Origin: Candidatus Aegiribacteria sp.
Lineage (GTDB): Bacteria; Fermentibacterota; Fermentibacteria; Fermentibacterales; JCC-6
Direction of reading: 5' to 3'
NCBI GenBank assembly: GCA_021108005.1
Contig: JAIORS010000218.1
Span: forward strand, 30,911 to 94,910
DNA length: 64,000 bases
The notes beneath the pieces are model-generated. The model saw only the letters and a list, made by a program, of their open reading frames with translations, ran no database searches and was not told where the DNA came from. This document shows, one piece after another, positions 1 through 10,928 of the stretch (position 1 is its first letter; each line of letters begins with the position of its first letter). The translations under genes and the position numbers were made by a program.

Positions 1-963
<963 letters not shown>

Positions 964-1047
964 GATTTCTCCTTTTCTTTTTATCTCTCATGAGACGCCG
1001 ATCTTATTCAGTATCCTGCTTATTTTCAATTCACCCGTATGCATATA

Positions 1048-1123
<76 letters not shown>

Positions 1124-1204
1124 TCCGGCAGTAAATCTCGCAGACATAATCTACGATCCAAGCGGTTATCCTACCGCGTTCCAAATATTTACAATGCTCC
1201 CGGC

Positions 1205-1280
1205 TGGAGCGGGAGACGGGGGTCGAACCCGCGACCCTCAGCTTGGAAGGCTGATGCTCTGCCAACTGAGCTACTCCCGC
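1205..1280 (-). tRNA. tRNA-Gly (anticodon UCC), CCA encoded
   Basis: Reverse complement starts GCGGGAGTAGCTCAGTTGGCAGAGC and ends CTCCCGCTCCA. Anticodon stem is TCAGC/GCTGA with loop CTTCCAA. Confidence 0.9.
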
Positions 1281-1318
1281 ACACCGGTGACGACAAAAAT
1301 CCGCCACATTCACAAGGA

Positions 1319-1404
1319 TGGTGGCGAGGGGTGGATTCGGACCACCGAAGGCAATTGCCAACAGATTTACAGTCTGCCCCCTTTGACCGCTCGGGAACCT
1401 CGCC
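1319..1404 (-). tRNA. tRNA-Tyr (anticodon GUA), long variable arm, CCA encoded
   Basis: Reverse complement starts GGCGAGGTTCCCGAGCGGTCAAAGGGGGCAGACTGTAAATCTGT and ends CCTCGCCACCA. The loop is CTGTAAA. The 86-nt length fits a class II tRNA. Confidence 0.88.
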
Positions 1405-1441
1405 AGCTCCTGTCATTTATCTAATCAGCACTTATCCCTCA

Positions 1442-1517
1442 TGGAGCTGGCGAAGGGACTTGAACCCATAACCTGCTGATTACAAATCAGCTGCTCTCCC
1501 AATTGAGCTACGCCAGC
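1442..1517 (-). tRNA. tRNA-Thr (anticodon UGU), CCA encoded
   Basis: Reverse complement starts GCTGGCGTAGCTCAATTGGGAGAGCAGCTGATTTGTAATCAGC and ends CGCCAGCTCCA. Anticodon stem is GCTGA/TCAGC with loop TTTGTAA. Confidence 0.9.
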
Positions 1518-1532
1518 AAAAAGCGAACCTGA

Positions 1533-1561
1533 AGCATATAGAAACCCCTCTGTACTGTCAA
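1533..1561 (-). promoter_or_regulatory. Candidate sigma70-type promoter of the tRNA-tuf operon
   Basis: On the minus strand: TTGACA (1561-1556), a 17-nt spacer, then TATGCT (1538-1533). It sits about 15 nt upstream of the first tRNA. Confidence 0.45.
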
Positions 1562-1666
1562 GATTCCTGTTACGCTCCCAACGGATTAGTAACAGAGAAC
1601 ATTGACGAAGACAAAAGGTTATCTGTAGCTTTAGCGGAGACGTGAAGTTACATTCAAACTGGGAGC

Positions 1667-2518
1667 ATGTCAATGAACAGGATTATCGTATTGTTATCAG
1701 GTGTATTTCTGTTTCTATCTGCATTTATTACAGGCTGCGGCGAGGAAGTATCCATTCAGTATGAGCTTGAAATGGTTCCGGGTCTATGTTTTCTTCACGT
1801 TCACATTGGTGACGAAATGAATATTGGTCTTATACCGGATGAAATAAACGAGTTTGTTCCAATGTGGCTGTGTGATTCTCTTCATACTCGCGGAAGCTTC
1901 GGTGTAAGCCTTCTTGGAATAAATCTTACTGATTTTTCCCCACAGCTGCTTTTCCTCTCAAGGGAAATAACAACAGACGAAATGCTGCAACTGGGAACGA
2001 GTGGTTTTAATTGCAGGTTCGAGGAAAACCCCGAGGCCTGCAACCTGATCGATGACAGGGGCAGTATGATTGGTTCTATTGCCTGCAGGGATGGATGGAC
2101 ATGTCTTGTAACGGGAAGCGGCGCTGACAGAACGGCCGGACGATGGCTTGAGCTTGAATTGGAGGAATCCCTCGCGTCGGATATTGATCTTGTTTCCATA
2201 TCCGAATCCGATGCCGATCTCACCGTTTTAATTTCTCACAACTCTATAGCCTTCGTATCCGTAATTCCCACAGGGATGCTTTCAAGAGCAGAAATCAGTA
2301 TGCTCAGCAACGTGAAAAGCCTTATTCAAACCATTGACCCCCGTGCCCTGCGAATCAGCCTTGATATCAGCAGCGAAGATCCTCAGGTAACTCATCTTGA
2401 ATTACAGCTTGTACGAGACAAAGATAACGTTACCACTTTTTCAGCAGACTTCAGCGATACGGAACTGACCCCTGAAGATCTCCTTCAAATAATCAGGGAC
2501 GGAGGCATTTTATACTAA
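1667..2518 (+). CDS. Hypothetical lipoprotein
   Basis: 283-aa ORF with a signal peptide ending in a lipobox-like FITGCG. I recognise no family motif. Confidence 0.6.
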   Translation: MSMNRIIVLLSGVFLFLSAFITGCGEEVSIQYELEMVPGLCFLHVHIGDEMNIGLIPDEINEFVPMWLCDSLHTRGSFGVSLLGINLTDFSPQLLFLSREITTDEMLQLGTSGFNCRFEENPEACNLIDDRGSMIGSIACRDGWTCLVTGSGADRTAGRWLELELEESLASDIDLVSISESDADLTVLISHNSIAFVSVIPTGMLSRAEISMLSNVKSLIQTIDPRALRISLDISSEDPQVTHLELQLVRDKDNVTTFSADFSDTELTPEDLLQIIRDGGILY

Positions 2519-2663
2519 GAACACAAATAATACGACCATATCACCCGTATCATGCGCAGATTAATCGCGAAATAAATTTAAAATGCCTCCGTCCCTATTT
2601 ATTTACGAGAATGTATTTCAGACTATATTAGTACTGTGGCTCCAAACTGGAAAGAGAGTATTC

Positions 2664-3788
2664 ATGAATATCCGGATACCCGGAAAGTATTTTGTTACGC
2701 TGGCACTTCTTCTGCTCATCTCGCTTTCCTATGCCGATCCTCCTCCAGGATATTACGATGACGCCGCCGGCCTAACGGGCCCTGCGCTGCAGCAGGCCCT
2801 TCATGATATTATTGATAGCCATACCAATATCAGCTATGCCGCTATCTGGCTCGCATTTTTCACGACGGATGACAGGTATGGAGACAAGGTCTGGGACATG
2901 TACTCCGACACTCCGGGTGAAACTCCTCCATACGAATACACATTGGGCGATGACCAAAACCAGGGAGGTTCTGCGGGAGGAGAAGGCGAATCCTACAACC
3001 GGGAACACTCCTGGCCCAAGAGCTGGTTCAATGATGCCTCGCCCATGAACACCGATCTGTTTCATATTGTTCCAACGGATACCTACGTGAACAGCCAAAG
3101 GGACAGCTACCCCTACGGTGAGGTCAGCAACCCGACCTGGATATCAGAAAACGGCAGCCGCCTTGGGCCCTGCTCCTATTCGGGATATTCGGGAATCGTC
3201 TTCGAACCTATCGATGATTACAAAGGGGATTTCGCTCGGAATTACTTCTACATGGCCACACGATATCTGAACGAGGACAGCGGGTGGCCGGGCAGTGACA
3301 TGGTCAACGGCGCGGTACTGAAGCCATGGGCGGAAGCGATGCTTATCGAGTGGCATTCAAATGATCAGGTGAGTGCAAAGGAACTCGATCGTAACGAAGC
3401 TGTATACGTTATTCAACATAACCGGAATCCATTCATAGACCACCCTGAATTCGTTTTTCTAATCTACGATCCCACTTCGGTGGAAAGCGGGGGATTCCAG
3501 GCAGCTTCAGCTGCCCTGTACCAGAACATTCCCAATCCGTTCTCCGTTTCAACAGCAATCGGATTCATGCTGCCTGAAACAGCTGTGGTCAGTATTACAG
3601 TGTACGATATTTCCGGAAAAGTGGTAAACAGCATATTTGAAAACAGCCAGCTTCCCAGGGGATATCATGAGGTTGTATGGAATGGCGAAACGAGTTCGGG
3701 CTATCCTGCAGCGTCTGGAATCTACTTCTGCAGGCTCAGCACTCCCGAAGGAGTCACAACTATACGAATGATGATGATTGGCGGCTGA
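2664..3788 (+). CDS. Secreted endonuclease I family nuclease with T9SS-type C-terminal sorting domain
   Basis: NREHSWPKSW and NRNPFIDHPEF motifs are typical of the Endonuclease_1 (EndA/Vvn/NucM) family. A signal peptide follows the Met at 2664. The C-terminal ~85 aa reads NPFSVSTAIGF..VYDISGKVV..SGIYFCRL. Confidence 0.8.
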   Translation: MNIRIPGKYFVTLALLLLISLSYADPPPGYYDDAAGLTGPALQQALHDIIDSHTNISYAAIWLAFFTTDDRYGDKVWDMYSDTPGETPPYEYTLGDDQNQGGSAGGEGESYNREHSWPKSWFNDASPMNTDLFHIVPTDTYVNSQRDSYPYGEVSNPTWISENGSRLGPCSYSGYSGIVFEPIDDYKGDFARNYFYMATRYLNEDSGWPGSDMVNGAVLKPWAEAMLIEWHSNDQVSAKELDRNEAVYVIQHNRNPFIDHPEFVFLIYDPTSVESGGFQAASAALYQNIPNPFSVSTAIGFMLPETAVVSITVYDISGKVVNSIFENSQLPRGYHEVVWNGETSSGYPAASGIYFCRLSTPEGVTTIRMMMIGG

Positions 3789-4451
3789 ATGAGCATCATC
3801 GAAGCCAGGGATATAAAGCGCAGTTTCGATGACATGAAGGTGTTATCAGGCCTGGATATTGATGTGGAAAAGGGCGAATTTCTGGCGATAACAGGAAAAA
3901 GCGGAGTTGGTAAAAGCACTCTGCTCGCAATTCTTGGTACACATGATCTCAATCACGGCGGAGAACTCAGGATAGCCGATAAGGATACAGGAAAACTCAC
4001 TTCATCGGAACTGGCAGCTCTCCGAAGAGAATATCTGGGTTTTGTCTTTCAGGATTTTCATCTGCTGCCCTCGCTGACAGCGATGGAAAACGTGATACTA
4101 CCGGTTGTGTTTTCCGGTGGCAATCTTGAATATGCGCGCAATCAGGCAGGAGAAGTTCTTGCAAAGCTGTCGGTAAGAACCGATGATACTCCAACATCAC
4201 TACTTTCAAGGGGTGAAAGGCAGAGGGTCGCGGTGGCCAGGGGGCTTGTGAACAAACCCTCTGTTCTACTGGCGGATGAACCCAGCGCAAGCCTTGACGA
4301 GGAGAGCGAACAAACCCTTTTCGATCTTCTGGATAACCTCCGTAGACAGCAGAATTTCGCTCTGATAGCTGTAGTTCATTCGACCGCTGTTCTCCATCGT
4401 GCCGACAGAATTCTCGAACTGAAGGATGGTATTCTTCATGAAACCGTCTGA
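3789..4451 (+). CDS. ABC transporter ATP-binding protein (MacB/LolD/FtsE-like)
   Basis: Walker A GKSGVGKST, signature LSRGERQRV and Walker B LLADEPSASLD. The ATG directly abuts the stop of the nuclease gene. Confidence 0.9.
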   Translation: MSIIEARDIKRSFDDMKVLSGLDIDVEKGEFLAITGKSGVGKSTLLAILGTHDLNHGGELRIADKDTGKLTSSELAALRREYLGFVFQDFHLLPSLTAMENVILPVVFSGGNLEYARNQAGEVLAKLSVRTDDTPTSLLSRGERQRVAVARGLVNKPSVLLADEPSASLDEESEQTLFDLLDNLRRQQNFALIAVVHSTAVLHRADRILELKDGILHETV

Positions 4452-5727
4452 AGTTAAGCTGGCCCTTCACCTGTGGAATCGCGGTCACTGGAAGGATTAC
4501 ATTTTCAGCCAGGGAATGCTCTTCACCGCATCTCTGTTACTTGTTTTTTTCATAACAATCGGCCTTGGCGTACAGAACCTTCTTGACAGGTTCCTTTCCA
4601 ACGATCTGCCGGCGGAACAGGTGCGTGTCACTCCTTCGGGAATGCAGGCGGGGTTCTTTCAGACCGAAACGGGCGGGATGGAGATTACCGAAGAAATCAA
4701 AAATGAACTGGAGAGTTCTCCCCTTGTCGAGCGCGTTGACCCTCAGATATATGCCCATGTTCCAGCCCTTCTTCGAGGGCAGCTGGGAGGACAGCCCTAC
4801 TACACGGACATCACTCTGGAGGGGGTAACGGGGGAATTCCTTGGGGATTCGCTTCTGCGGGATATCGACTGGGCATACACGATTGAGGATTCCTCCAGCC
4901 GTTTTCTTCCGATAATCCTCAGCGAGAATCTCCTGCTTCTGTACAATGCCGGCTTCGCTGAATCCAACGATCTTCTCGGCCTGACTCCCGATGGTGTACT
5001 CGGAACGGAATGCGTCATTACACTGGGAAGAAGTTCAATAGCGAACCTAGACCATCCCCCTGTTACAGTGAGGGCGAGAATTGAAGCAACTTCCCGCAAC
5101 ATGAACCTCTTCGCCATAGGCGTTCCATTCGAATTCGTGGACGAGATGAACTCCATGTTCCTACCTGACGATACAAGAAGGTACAGCGCTCTTGTATTAA
5201 CGGCGAAGACTGCGGAAGATGTACCGGAAATCGTAAGGACTGTCGAGGCAACCGGCCTGCGGGCCGAAACCAGAAGGGGCATAGCTCAGAAAGCCGAGAT
5301 ACTTGTGGGAGCGGTAACAGCAGCGCTCGCCGCTCTTGCCGCGGCAATACTTCTGTCCGCTTTATCCAGCGCCATTCATACACTGGTTGCAGATCTGAAG
5401 AACAGGCGCTTCGCTCTGGGAGTATTGATGGCTCTTGGCACTCCCCACAACAGGCTTGCCATGATCTTCGCTTTTCAGATATTTTTCATGTCGTTCGTAA
5501 CAATGGTCCTCGGAGCCGCTCTGGGGTGCCTTCTCTCATGGGCGGCAAGCAGCGCGCTTCTTTCGCTGAGCCCGGTACTGAGAGCGGCAGTTGACAGCCT
5601 TGCTGTATTCCCCGCGGTATGGCTTTCAGCCGGGATAGGCGTTATGCTGGCCACTTCAACCGGCGCGGCGTACATTTTCTTCGGCCGCATACTGAAAACC
5701 CCGGTAACAAGACTGCTCCGCCCCTGA
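4426..5727 (+). CDS. ABC transporter permease, FtsX/MacB-type
   Basis: N-terminal TM helix, a large extracytoplasmic domain, and a C-terminal three-helix FtsX-like bundle. It overlaps the end of the ATPase gene. An alternative start lies at 4438. Confidence 0.85.
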   Translation: MVFFMKPSEVKLALHLWNRGHWKDYIFSQGMLFTASLLLVFFITIGLGVQNLLDRFLSNDLPAEQVRVTPSGMQAGFFQTETGGMEITEEIKNELESSPLVERVDPQIYAHVPALLRGQLGGQPYYTDITLEGVTGEFLGDSLLRDIDWAYTIEDSSSRFLPIILSENLLLLYNAGFAESNDLLGLTPDGVLGTECVITLGRSSIANLDHPPVTVRARIEATSRNMNLFAIGVPFEFVDEMNSMFLPDDTRRYSALVLTAKTAEDVPEIVRTVEATGLRAETRRGIAQKAEILVGAVTAALAALAAAILLSALSSAIHTLVADLKNRRFALGVLMALGTPHNRLAMIFAFQIFFMSFVTMVLGAALGCLLSWAASSALLSLSPVLRAAVDSLAVFPAVWLSAGIGVMLATSTGAAYIFFGRILKTPVTRLLRP

Positions 5728-5827
5728 CTTCACCGCTGTAAGTATCCATCTCAAATGCTCTGAGATAGTGATTCTCTTTAGAAGATGCCGGGATTTGGCT
5801 TACCGTGTTCATCAACCCTTCAAAGTA

Positions 5828-5857
5828 TTGACAGGGCAACAGTATCCTCGGTATGCT
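5828..5857 (+). promoter_or_regulatory. Candidate sigma70-type promoter upstream of the M1 peptidase gene
   Basis: TTGACA (5828-5833), an 18-nt spacer, then TATGCT (5852-5857). This is the same -10 hexamer as the tRNA promoter candidate. Confidence 0.3.
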
Positions 5858-5898
5858 TTTGTAGTGTTGACAATACTAAACGAAAATAGGCCTTGGAT

Positions 5899-7755
5899 AT
5901 GCTGTATGTTGTTATTTCAATGCTGATTGGCGTTCCCATGTCTCTGGATATGCCGGATTACGATTACAAGTTCGATATCGACATTCCGCACTTCGAGACG
6001 AGAGGGCCACACTCCTTCGATGTTCTTAACTACGATATCGCATTCGAGCTGTTCGAGGCTGATTCTTCAATTCAGGGAATTACAGCCATTCACTTCGAAG
6101 CTGTTGAAGCAAGTCTCGACCAGATACAACTTGATCTCATTGCGCTGGAAGTGGATTCCGTCTGGGACGGGTCAGGGGTTCTCGCATGGGTTCAGGCTGG
6201 TGATTCGGTGGTGATAGATCTGAGCAGCCCGCTCGAATCAGGAGATACCTTAACCGTTTTCGTTGCCTATGGAGGTTTCCCTACAAATTATTTTTTCGCA
6301 GGCTTTTACGCAAACTCGGAACTGCCGCCCCATGTTACGTTCTTCTCTATTGGGATGGGACCCAAATCAGGAAGGTACATCTACCCCTGCTGGGACGATA
6401 TCTACGACAAGGCTTCCTTTGAATTCCACGCAACTGTAAACGACTCCCTCTACGCAGTATCATGTGGTGAACTCACAGGTATCGACTATTCAGGGGGGAA
6501 AGCAACATTCAACTGGAGCAATCCCGAGGACATGTCAACATATATCTGGGCTTTTGCCATATCCGACTATATCGTTGTCAAGGATACAACCTATCCCTGG
6601 ATTGAGTATTACACATTTCCCGACTATTTGTATTGTATAGAGCAAATATTCGGCAATGTCGATCAGATGATCGACTGCTTTGAAGATCTGTTTTGCCCCT
6701 ACCCCTGGAGTACAAAACTGGGCTTCCCATTTGTCCGTGCGTCCAACATCTATTGCGAACACAATACCATTCCGTACACACTTGCCCCCGAAACAATTGT
6801 CGCCCACGAAATATCACACATGTGGTGGGGAAACATGGTCACCGAGGAAGACTGGCCTGAGATATGGCTGGCCGAGGGCTTCGCAACCTACTGCCAATGT
6901 CTTTGGGAAGGTTACAGCGTTGGTTCCGAAGCCTATGACGAGATGATACTGAGCACTATGAACAGTTACCTGAACAGCGGAGAACTTTTTCCAATTGTAC
7001 CGGCTGACGACTACTGGTGCTTTACAACCTATAATAAGGGTGCCAGCGTATTACATATGCTCAGATTTGTCATAGGCGATACGATTTTCTTCGATGCCCT
7101 TAAACTCTACCTCTCAGACAATGCTTACGGCTCTACAACTACAGAGGATCTCATAGCCAGTTTTGAAACAGTATACGGGTCCGACTTGAACTGGTTCTTC
7201 GATACCTGGGTCTACGACTGGGCATACCCCGACTACAACTACTCCTGGAACACATTCCAGACAGGTTCCAACTGGGATATTACAATTTATCTCGACCAGG
7301 AACAGGTGGTTGGACCAGTATTCGTAATGCCGGTGGATTTCCTGATTTCCGGCAGCGACACTGACACACTGGTGACAATGTGGAACGAACTGCAGAACGA
7401 TTCCGAGACCTTCACGCTACCTTTCCAACCCACCGGGGTTATCCTGGATCCCTTAAACCACATTCTTCATGCGGATCTTCCGGGAGTCGGCATTGAGGAG
7501 GAACCGGAAAACACTATCACCGGGATGAGAATCATCCCCAATCCCGCTGTTTCCCTGATCGGTTTCGAATGTGCAACTGAAGCTGGTTCTACAGCAAGTG
7601 TATACGATCTCAGTGGCCGTTGCGTACTCCGTATGCAGTTACAGGAAAACCAGAATATGCTCAATGTGGCTGATCTGCCATCGGGCAGCTACACCCTGAG
7701 GATTGAATCTGATGGAATTATCAACACAGGATCCTTCGTTATTCTAATGGACTGA
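5899..7755 (+). CDS. M1-family (gluzincin) aminopeptidase with C-terminal sorting domain
   Basis: HEISH followed 18 residues later by E (WLAEGFATY), which is the HExxH-18-E motif of family M1. The C-terminal tail reads IIPNPAVS..VYDLSGRCV..SGSYTLRI. The track start at 5893 is TTG; the first ATG is at 5899. Confidence 0.85.
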   Translation: MLYVVISMLIGVPMSLDMPDYDYKFDIDIPHFETRGPHSFDVLNYDIAFELFEADSSIQGITAIHFEAVEASLDQIQLDLIALEVDSVWDGSGVLAWVQAGDSVVIDLSSPLESGDTLTVFVAYGGFPTNYFFAGFYANSELPPHVTFFSIGMGPKSGRYIYPCWDDIYDKASFEFHATVNDSLYAVSCGELTGIDYSGGKATFNWSNPEDMSTYIWAFAISDYIVVKDTTYPWIEYYTFPDYLYCIEQIFGNVDQMIDCFEDLFCPYPWSTKLGFPFVRASNIYCEHNTIPYTLAPETIVAHEISHMWWGNMVTEEDWPEIWLAEGFATYCQCLWEGYSVGSEAYDEMILSTMNSYLNSGELFPIVPADDYWCFTTYNKGASVLHMLRFVIGDTIFFDALKLYLSDNAYGSTTTEDLIASFETVYGSDLNWFFDTWVYDWAYPDYNYSWNTFQTGSNWDITIYLDQEQVVGPVFVMPVDFLISGSDTDTLVTMWNELQNDSETFTLPFQPTGVILDPLNHILHADLPGVGIEEEPENTITGMRIIPNPAVSLIGFECATEAGSTASVYDLSGRCVLRMQLQENQNMLNVADLPSGSYTLRIESDGIINTGSFVILMD

Positions 7756-8155
7756 TACGCAACAACCTTGCGGTATTCCCCGAACAACAGGTATCTTAAT
7801 TTCAAGCCGATCCGGGAATTTTCCCGAAACAGCATCTTCGTTCTAATAAACTTCCAGTTCCTGCCTGAAGAAGTGTGCTCTGATTGTGACCGGCAGCTTC
7901 AGGATGGATACTTTCCTGCAGGCAGGAGAGTCCCTTGTGGACGCTACCTTCAGGGCATACAGTGGCCTCTTTCGGTTGCAGAGCTGAAAAACACATTTTA
8001 ACCACAGAAGACGTTCAGATTTCTGTAAATAGCTACAGGTAATGGAACATGCAACGGTGTGAAATCCAGTTTCCTTAATAGATATTTGGAATTCAGCAGT
8101 GAAACCGCTACATTATCAGCATTAAACTAAAACAATCTGAAAAGGGAGTGAATGT

Positions 8156-9631
8156 ATGAAAAAACCGGATTCCGGGATGCTTGTGATTACGATTTGCCTG
8201 TTATTACTTCCATTCCAGGTGTTTGCGCAGATTACTTTCGAGCGCTGGTATGGCGGCAGCCAGCGTGAAGAAGGGCAATCTGTCTCACAGACTTCGGATG
8301 GTGGTTATGTAATGTGTGGGTATACAAAATCGTTTGGAGATCCTGATGGTGATGTTTACATGGTGAGAACCGACGAATACGGTGACACATTATGGACAAG
8401 AACGTTTGGCGGGTCATCCTATGAACAGAGCTTCCGTATTGAACAGACAAATGATGATGGATTTATAATCGCAGGATTAACACATTCTTTCGGTGATTTA
8501 AGTCAGATGTACCTTGTTAAAACCGATAGCTCCGGAAATCTGGACTGGCAGGGAACGTACGGTGGTGGATATGTTGAATACGGCTATTCTGCACAGCAGA
8601 CATCGGATAACGGATATATAATTTGCGGATCGACCAATACATATGGTGCCGGTAGTTATGATATGTACCTGGTTAAGACTGACTCACTTGGTGTTATGAA
8701 CTGGCAAAATGCCTTCGGTGGAACCGGTAACGACAGAGGACATACAGTGGAACAGACCGATGATGGTGGTTATATCCTTGCCGGATATACACACTCATTT
8801 GGCGCGGGCGGAGCGGACGTGTACCTTGTTCGAACAGATGAAAACGGCGATACACTCTGGACAGGAACCTACGGAGGGTCCGATGATGATCTCCCTCATT
8901 ACGGCAGATGTGTAAGACAAACTTATGATGGCGGATTTGTTGTTGCCGGCTACACGAAATCTTATGGTGCCGGGTTGTATGACATGTATCTTCTAAAAAC
9001 AGATTCTCTGGGAAACATGGAATGGGAGGAAACCTACGGCGGTTCCGACATGGATATCGGTCGATCGGTTGAGCAACTGGCCGATGGTGGATTCATAATT
9101 GCCGGATCAACGAAGAACTTCGGTGCAGTTCTTTATGATGTATATCTGGTTAGGACCGACGCTGATGGAGGTGTTATCTGGACTGATACCTTCGGTGGTT
9201 CGGATTATGATTATGGCGAATCCGTGCAGCGAACTATCGACGGTGGCTTCATCATCGGAGGATATACGAAGTCATACGGTTCGGGAGAGTTCGACTTCTA
9301 CCTTGTTAAAACCGAACCCGACATAACCGGCATAGAAGAAACCGGTTCTCAGGAAATAATCACATTTTTCGGGAATGAACCTAACCCATTCGACAACTTC
9401 ACTACAGTAGAGTACAATCTGGCTCAGAGCTGCATTGTGAATATTTCTGTTTATGATGTCAACGGAAGACTGATCAGAGAGCTGGAAACACAGAACAGGG
9501 AAGCAGGAGTTCATAACGCAACCTGGGACGGAATGGATAATTCCGGTATGGAAGTCACCAGCGGAATTTATTTTTGCCTGTTCAGAACGAACGGTGTTTT
9601 CACAGCCAGAAAAATGTGCCTGATCAGATGA
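8156..9631 (+). CDS. Secreted tandem-repeat (about eight ~47-aa units) beta-propeller-like protein with T9SS-type C-terminal domain
   Basis: Signal peptide, then a repeating unit of the form GGS..D.G.SV.QT.DGG(Y/F)I.AGYT.S(F/Y)GAG..D.YLV(K/R)TD..G...W. The tail reads NPFDNFTTVEY..VYDVNGRLI..SGIYFCLF. Confidence 0.75.
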   Translation: MKKPDSGMLVITICLLLLPFQVFAQITFERWYGGSQREEGQSVSQTSDGGYVMCGYTKSFGDPDGDVYMVRTDEYGDTLWTRTFGGSSYEQSFRIEQTNDDGFIIAGLTHSFGDLSQMYLVKTDSSGNLDWQGTYGGGYVEYGYSAQQTSDNGYIICGSTNTYGAGSYDMYLVKTDSLGVMNWQNAFGGTGNDRGHTVEQTDDGGYILAGYTHSFGAGGADVYLVRTDENGDTLWTGTYGGSDDDLPHYGRCVRQTYDGGFVVAGYTKSYGAGLYDMYLLKTDSLGNMEWEETYGGSDMDIGRSVEQLADGGFIIAGSTKNFGAVLYDVYLVRTDADGGVIWTDTFGGSDYDYGESVQRTIDGGFIIGGYTKSYGSGEFDFYLVKTEPDITGIEETGSQEIITFFGNEPNPFDNFTTVEYNLAQSCIVNISVYDVNGRLIRELETQNREAGVHNATWDGMDNSGMEVTSGIYFCLFRTNGVFTARKMCLIR

Positions 9632-10057
9632 CCGGAACAATACCGCAAGTTTCGGATAGACTCGAATCGGATTTAGTTTGTATAAATTAGAAGAGGTAAT
9701 ACAAGCTGGAATGTTGTTGATTTGTGAAATTACCGGTCATATCATTCTATGTAATTGAATCAGAGTTGCAGTTTGTCCTATCCTAGATGTTGTTTTACAG
9801 GGAAAATATATTCCTGAAGCTAAAAGAAATATTATCGAAGCACTTAGTCTATTCTTCATGATCAGCAGAACTCTGGCTTTGCGGTTAATGCATGCATGAG
9901 AAAATAACTGTTATCTGCTTGAAACTGAAAGATACTGCCAAAACATCTGTATGTTTATCATGAACCGGCCAGAGCTCTCCTGATCATGAATATGACGTTT
10001 TCTGCAGTATTCCTGTGAATGATCGCTATTCCCGGGTATTTCCCTTGCCAGGCACTT

Positions 10058-10279
10058 CGATGTTTCTGAAATAGAGGTTGGGTAACAATTCACAGCTCCG
10101 ACTTCACGGGAAACGTACATTCTGATACCGAGTATCCAGCGTATATTTACTGACAACGATGTTTAACTGCGGGTATTTCATATCGTATGGTCAGTTTCAG
10201 GCAGGGAAATGGTGACATCTGCAAACGGATGAGCTGTTTTGGGGGTAGCTAATAAGATTGCGGAAAATCCACTTTCCTA
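10058..10279. repeat. Left copy of a 222-bp direct repeat
   Basis: 10113-10279 matches 12841-13007 with a single mismatch and no indels (offset 2728). 10058-10112 aligns to 12786-12840 at visibly lower identity. Confidence 0.9.
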
Positions 10280-10406
10280 CTATTTATTATTATTCTGATA
10301 TGAGATTTTTTCTACTATTGCACTCCAGCTGAATGAATTCGCCACCTTCGTCGTTGTCTTCAGCCGCTGAAATTCTCGTTCGACAGGAGAGATCATTAAA
10401 AGAATC

Positions 10407-10907
10407 ATGCATCTTGTTTTGCTTATAAATGTGTGCATTGCCATGGGCAGCACAAACGATACAATATCTTTAGCAAATCGAATGCAAGATTCTCTACCTG
10501 ACGGCTGGGAATGCACAATAGTTGATCAGGATGGTCATAAGGGGCACCCCCAAGGCCTTGACGAACCACTGTTCAGGGTTGATTTCATTAACCCCGATGT
10601 TTTGTTCGATGCTGATAGAAGAATAGGATTGAATCCTACCATTCAATTGTATTTCTATGATATCAACTCAAAGCCTGATGTTATGAAAGTTATTGGAGAG
10701 CAGTCGCTTTATTCGTGGGACATCCCAATCTACTTTGGTGAAACTGAAGAATATATTGTTGTCACATCCCCCGCGTATGTAAACCATGGTGTGTTTACGG
10801 AAGAGGCGAAGAATACAATTCGTCCTATTTGGAATGCCTTACGAATACATATCGAATGTAAGGAAGATGAGTTAATCGAACAATTGGTTCAACCGGTCAA
10901 CGAATAA
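10407..10907 (+). CDS. Hypothetical protein (orphan, hydrophobic N-terminus)
   Basis: 166-aa ORF and first gene of the repeat-bracketed cassette. It is AT-rich and I recognise no motif. Confidence 0.5.
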   Translation: MHLVLLINVCIAMGSTNDTISLANRMQDSLPDGWECTIVDQDGHKGHPQGLDEPLFRVDFINPDVLFDADRRIGLNPTIQLYFYDINSKPDVMKVIGEQSLYSWDIPIYFGETEEYIVVTSPAYVNHGVFTEEAKNTIRPIWNALRIHIECKEDELIEQLVQPVNE

Positions 10908-10928
10908 CCATGCCTGATTTGATACACT

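Noticed and set aside
9911-10156. 81-aa minus-strand ORF inside the left repeat copy
   Set aside because: The equivalent frame in the right copy is closed after 38 codons. All three minus frames carry stops within the conserved core. Weak amino-acid-like conservation in the diverged arm (QPLFQKHRSAW versus QPIFQEHRLAM) is preceded by stops in both copies. At most this is a decayed relic.
10210-10223. Sigma-54-like TGG...TGC element in the repeat (TGGTGACATCTGCA)
   Set aside because: The GG-to-GC spacing is two nucleotides shorter than the -24/-12 consensus, and the element is absent from the third motif copy.
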